From positions 263,113 through 327,112 of the forward strand of contig NW_005434641.1 in the NCBI RefSeq assembly GCF_000315625.1: a stretch of DNA of 64,000 bases, given 5' to 3'. This DNA comes from Guillardia theta CCMP2712 (taxonomy: Eukaryota; Protista; Cryptophyta). The notes beneath the pieces are model-generated. The model was not told where the DNA came from. It worked only from the letters and a program-made list of their open reading frames with translations, and did no database searches. This document shows positions 59,819-64,000 of the stretch, piece after piece. Numbering within the stretch: position 1 is the first letter of the stretch; every line of letters starts with the position of its first letter. The position numbers and the translations under genes were made by a program.

Positions 59819-62674
59819 ATGCCAGGAACGCCGCGCAGGCCGCGTTCTTCCCCAGGAAGGACGCGAAGGTCTATATCGAACAAGGAAAACGAACCGCTGC
59901 CACCTCCCGAGTCGCCAGGGGTCATGGTCACCAAAGAGAAGGTCCATGACATCAAGTTGACGGCAAGTGAGACTGACTGACCCGCAGAGGGCATCCCGCG
60001 TCACCAGCAGATTCTCCGTGCTCAAGGTGCTGGGGACCACTGAGTCGGAGATATCTCCATGCCAGGACAAGGCCAACGACATCGCCAAGAAGAGAAGAAC
60101 TTCTCGTGTGAGCTTCGGAAACATCCAAACAACCATCTTCCAGAAGGACTCTGAGTTCGGCAACAACTCTCCTTCCCCTGGCTCCTCCGGGAAAGCATCA
60201 CAGCCTACTAACCTCTCCACTCTCCCTGACGACACCGTCTTCGGCTCACCTGCCGTGTCGGTTGCTGGCAGCGAAGCCATGGAGATCACTGGCACAGTGC
60301 TGCAGCCGCTCCCTTCCCTGCCCAACATGTCGGATCAGGACGATGGCAGCTTTGCTTCCTTTGGGGATGGCACGCAAGAGCAACCTCAGTTCGGTCAGCC
60401 GGTCTCCCTGTCGGACTTGGTTGAGGAGGATGAACGTTGCTGGGAGAATCAAAGCAGGCAGAAGAAGCCATCAGGCCAGCTCGAGTTCATGAAGGACAGG
60501 CCTGCAGCTGAGGACAAGAACGCTGACCTGACCGACCATGACCTGACTGCAGACATTCCTGACCCTGGTAACCGGACCCGAGCTCTTGCGGATCACACCG
60601 GCGCGTTCATGAGCGGAAACACTGGTGTCTTCCGTGATCAGACGTGCATGGGTATGGAGATCACAGCAGCTTACGGAGGCATCGTCTCTCAACGCCCCGA
60701 GGTAGCCTCCCACTCAACCTCCTCTACCTGCTCTCTCCTGCACCCGCTCGGACTGACGTTTCTTCAGCCCTCCATGAACAACGACGTCACCTGCACTGAA
60801 GGCATGGAGTTCACTAACGCATACGGCGGGATCGTCGCTGCCAACGCCATGCAGGACAAGCCAGTGGAGAGCCGCCAGTCTGCCATCAGCGAGGAGATCA
60901 GCGGGACCCTCTCGAAGCTGCGCGAGGCTGAGATGGCAGATCATGATGATGGAGAGGAGGAAGAGCCGCATGATGCCGTGGCGATGGAGATGACGGGGAC
61001 CTTCGGGAAGATCCTGAGCGCCATCAGCACTAACCCAGCAGACGAGGAGGAGGAGGCGACTGACTCTCAAGGAGCGGAGGTGTGGGGCAACAAGACCTTC
61101 ACAGACGGGGAGGTGACGATGTTCACTCCTCTCTCCCGCATCAAATCCCTCGGCACTCGTCGGGCGTCTCGCTCCAGCATGGCCCCAGAAGCCCGCGAGC
61201 TCGTGTCTCAGTACGGGAAGATGGAACAAGACAACGTGGCTGGTAAGGCACCCTTGACGGTGCTGGCTCGTGCTCGGTTGACGTGGGTCCTGCAGGTGAT
61301 GTAGCAGAGAACGGCAGGAGGATGAGCGTGAGACCCAAGGACAGCGGTATCACGCTCGACTCGTTCCTCGACGAGATCGGGATCCGCTTCCTCACCAATG
61401 CCAAGGCCTCGAAGCGCAAGTCGTCAGTCTGCCCGCCCCTCCGGCTGGTGCCAGGAGAGATGACGGAGGTTGACAAGCTCAACGAGGTGCTGGTGAGCGA
61501 GACGGAGCTGGGGCAGCTCCGGAACAACAGCTCGAGGCTTCGATCTATGTACGAGAAGCTCAAGGAGGACATGGTGGAGCTGGAGGAGGCGATCAACCGA
61601 CACAACCCTGAATGCTTCGCGCTGCCGTTCGGGGAGGATCAAGAGGTGACGATGAACTTTCAAAAGCAAATGAAGCTGCTCAAGAAGTTCTGCCGCGCCA
61701 AGGCTGAGAGCCGCTGGATGGAGTGGCGGGAGAGTGCGCAGCAGCAAGTCGAGGACGCCTTGCAGCGGGTGAAGGATGCGGTGCTGGAGGACGGAGCCAT
61801 GATCGATCAGAAGATGGTCGAGCTCGCCGAGGAGCGAGTCCGCGTGCTGCAGGAGAAATCTTCCATCGCCACAGAGGGTCTTCGAGCTCAGCTGACGAGC
61901 ATGGCGGAGGCTGAGGCTGAGCAGAGCTTCGTGGTCGGTGCCTTCCGTAAGCAGGTTGAGGACCTCGAGAGCCAGCGGCAGCAGCTGGAGGAAACCATCG
62001 AGAGCATCAAGGAGGAGGCGGCCAAGGTCAGCGTGAACCCCAACGACTCCATGCTGGTCGAGCTCGAGGGCATCGGGGAGGAGGACGTGGCCAGGCTGAG
62101 CCTCGAGCATGCTGCCACCCAGGGCCTCGTTCCATGGCGCCTCCTCCGCACGAGCACGGGGGGGCTCACCCTGCAGCTGGAGGGCGGCTGGACTCTCAAC
62201 GTTCAGCTGGGCAAGTCGGGGGTGGTCAGCTCCGTGCAGCTCGACCGCCAGGAGCCGCCGACTGAGTTCGAGCGAGCGTTGATGGAGCAGGCGGACCTGC
62301 ACGGCCTGCTGAGGAGCTGCAGGAAGGCGAGCGAGCTGGGGGATGTGCTGCAGGAGTTGTCCTTCCGCATCGGACGGGTCGTGACGCTCAGCCAGGAGCT
62401 CGACAAGCTCTCGCGCATGTGCTTCGTGCAGAGGAGGGTGGACGGCGATGGGGCTCCGGAGCTCTTCACCACCGTCGCTAACCCCGAGCTGGGCTACAAG
62501 CTGGGCCTTACGTGGAAGATGTCGTGGCACTACCCTGCTGGGAGGATGCCGCTCTCCATGGAAGTCCTGTCGGGTAGCGCCGATGAAGAGCAGATCCTGG
62601 ATGTCACGAGCAGGCACAGCTGCGGCCCCCTCCGCCTGACGAGGATCCTGCGAGAACTATCAGGGAGCGGCTGA
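59819..62674 (+). CDS. KNL1: Kinetochore scaffold KNL1/Spc105/Spc7
   Basis: SVLK (SILK) and RRTSRVSF (RVSF) PP1-docking motifs; MELT-type repeats MEIT, MEITAAYGGI, MEFTNAYGGI, MEMTGTFGKI; ITLDSFLDEIGIRF; coiled coil and RWD-like end; introns ~59942-59987, ~60702-60768, ~61243-61295. Confidence 0.9.
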
Positions 62675-62777
62675 GATGACGCGAAGAGCTCCTGGACTGA
62701 CTTGTGTTTTTAACTGCGTTCAATGAATCATCGCTAATGAACTATTTACATGCCCAACGAGAGTGGTTGCTTCTGTC

Positions 62778-63922
62778 TCAAAGAATAGAACAAAATCGCT
62801 TCTTCTTGCCTCCCGTTCGTTGTTTGATGTCGTGGATTTGAATCACATCCTTTTTGTCTGCTTTCCTCTGTCTCTCTTTCTCCTTGACACTCTCATTCAC
62901 TTTCTCAACCGTCTCCGTCTTCTTGCTGTCAGTGTTTGCTTTCACGGGTTTGGAACTCGCACTTGCACTCGTGCTCGTATTTGCCTTGTTGGTAGACATC
63001 TCCTCAATACTGGCAAGGCCGCTTTCACCGCCGTTCTGCTCATTCTTCACATACTGTTCACCAAGGTATTCGAAGACCTGCCGAAATGTCAAATACGACA
63101 TCACGTGTCATTGTCTTTGTGACGTTGACAATTTCTCACTTTGTCAACATTCAAGTTTTCACTGACGCATGTTCTGTACAACTTGAGCTTGAGCTTCTTC
63201 GACAGGTTCTCGACTTCCTCCGGGCTAACCTGTACCACAGGTTATCTCCGTCGGTCTTACAGAGGCAGCACGTACAACTGATTGATCGATCAAGTCCACT
63301 TTGTTCTATCGAAAACCGTCAAAGCTGTGAGATTCAGCAGGGAGGAGCACCTGGACCAACACCATTGGGATCTGGCCGACCTCTGCTTCAACCTGCAGTG
63401 ACCGCATGGGTGATCGCATGGTTCCTGAGAGAAGCCGCACCTTTGACTTCCATTTCTCCACAGCCTCAAAGCTGTCTCTATCCACCGTCGAGAAAGCCAC
63501 CACGCACCCGTTGGCGTTGCGGTAATACCTGGGGGGAACAATCAACTGAAACATTCCCGTCAAGAGCCTGTAGAGCTTACGATCGAGTGATGGCGTCGAA
63601 CTCTTCTTGTCCTGCTGTATCCCACACCATGAATGTAATGTTCTGCGCTACACTGTCGATGTATTTCTCTTTCTCGAGGAAGTCAACTCCAATCGTCTTC
63701 TTGTAAGTATCCGTGTATTCTCCTTTGCAGAACCTGCCCGGAGTCGAACTTCACTAACAAGGTCATAAACAAAGTCAATTTCAACCTTCTGATCATGCTG
63801 GACTTTCCCACTCCACCATTTCCCACCACAATTATCTTGATAGTGGCTGAAGGACAAGCTTCAGTATGATCAACGTCTTGTCAAAGACGAAGCTGACTTT
63901 CAAAATCTTCAACAATCGCCAT
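62778..63922 (-). CDS. RAB23: Rab23-like small GTPase, multi-exon
   Basis: IKIIVVGNGGVGKSSMI, FCKGEYTDTYKKTIGVDFLEK, WDTAGQEEFDAIT, YYRNANGCVVAFSTVDRDSF, C-terminal CAAX CSIL. Confidence 0.93.
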
Positions 63923-64000
63923 GATTGCTATCCACTTTCTCCTCCGAGTATCGGGGGAAAATTTGTTGCAACCTGATACAAGCAAACCTCGTTCTGATGC

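Overview
Gene-dense eukaryotic nuclear DNA with short (~45-90 nt) GT-AG introns, many microsatellite-filled introns and three N-gaps (35204-35303, 51353-51693, 53022-53121). The style suggests a cryptophyte such as Guillardia theta; this is inference, not verified. From left to right: a five-unit tandem array (1-11.5 kb) of RWP-RK transcription factor genes converging on sulfotransferase-like genes, with near-identical 3' halves and unrelated 5' halves; DUF829/TMEM53; a PKD2-like channel; SF3B2; a double-WW protein; ZNHIT2; a 2OG-Fe(II) oxygenase; hypothetical genes; a 2.75-kb palindrome; a bacterial-type excision-repair cluster; a SET-domain methyltransferase; a large coiled-coil gene; KNL1/Spc105; Rab23. 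Two loci stand out. (1) The palindrome holds four identical intronless 38-aa Cys/His microprotein genes, missed by the ORF track, arranged as divergent pairs around promoters that each carry seven GTAC cores; a fifth, intron-containing paralog lies nearby. (2) UvrD and UvrB are encoded in one reading frame, and UvrC lies immediately upstream on the same strand, possibly spliced into one UvrC-UvrD-UvrB polyprotein. Exon boundaries were read by eye and several gene ends are approximate.
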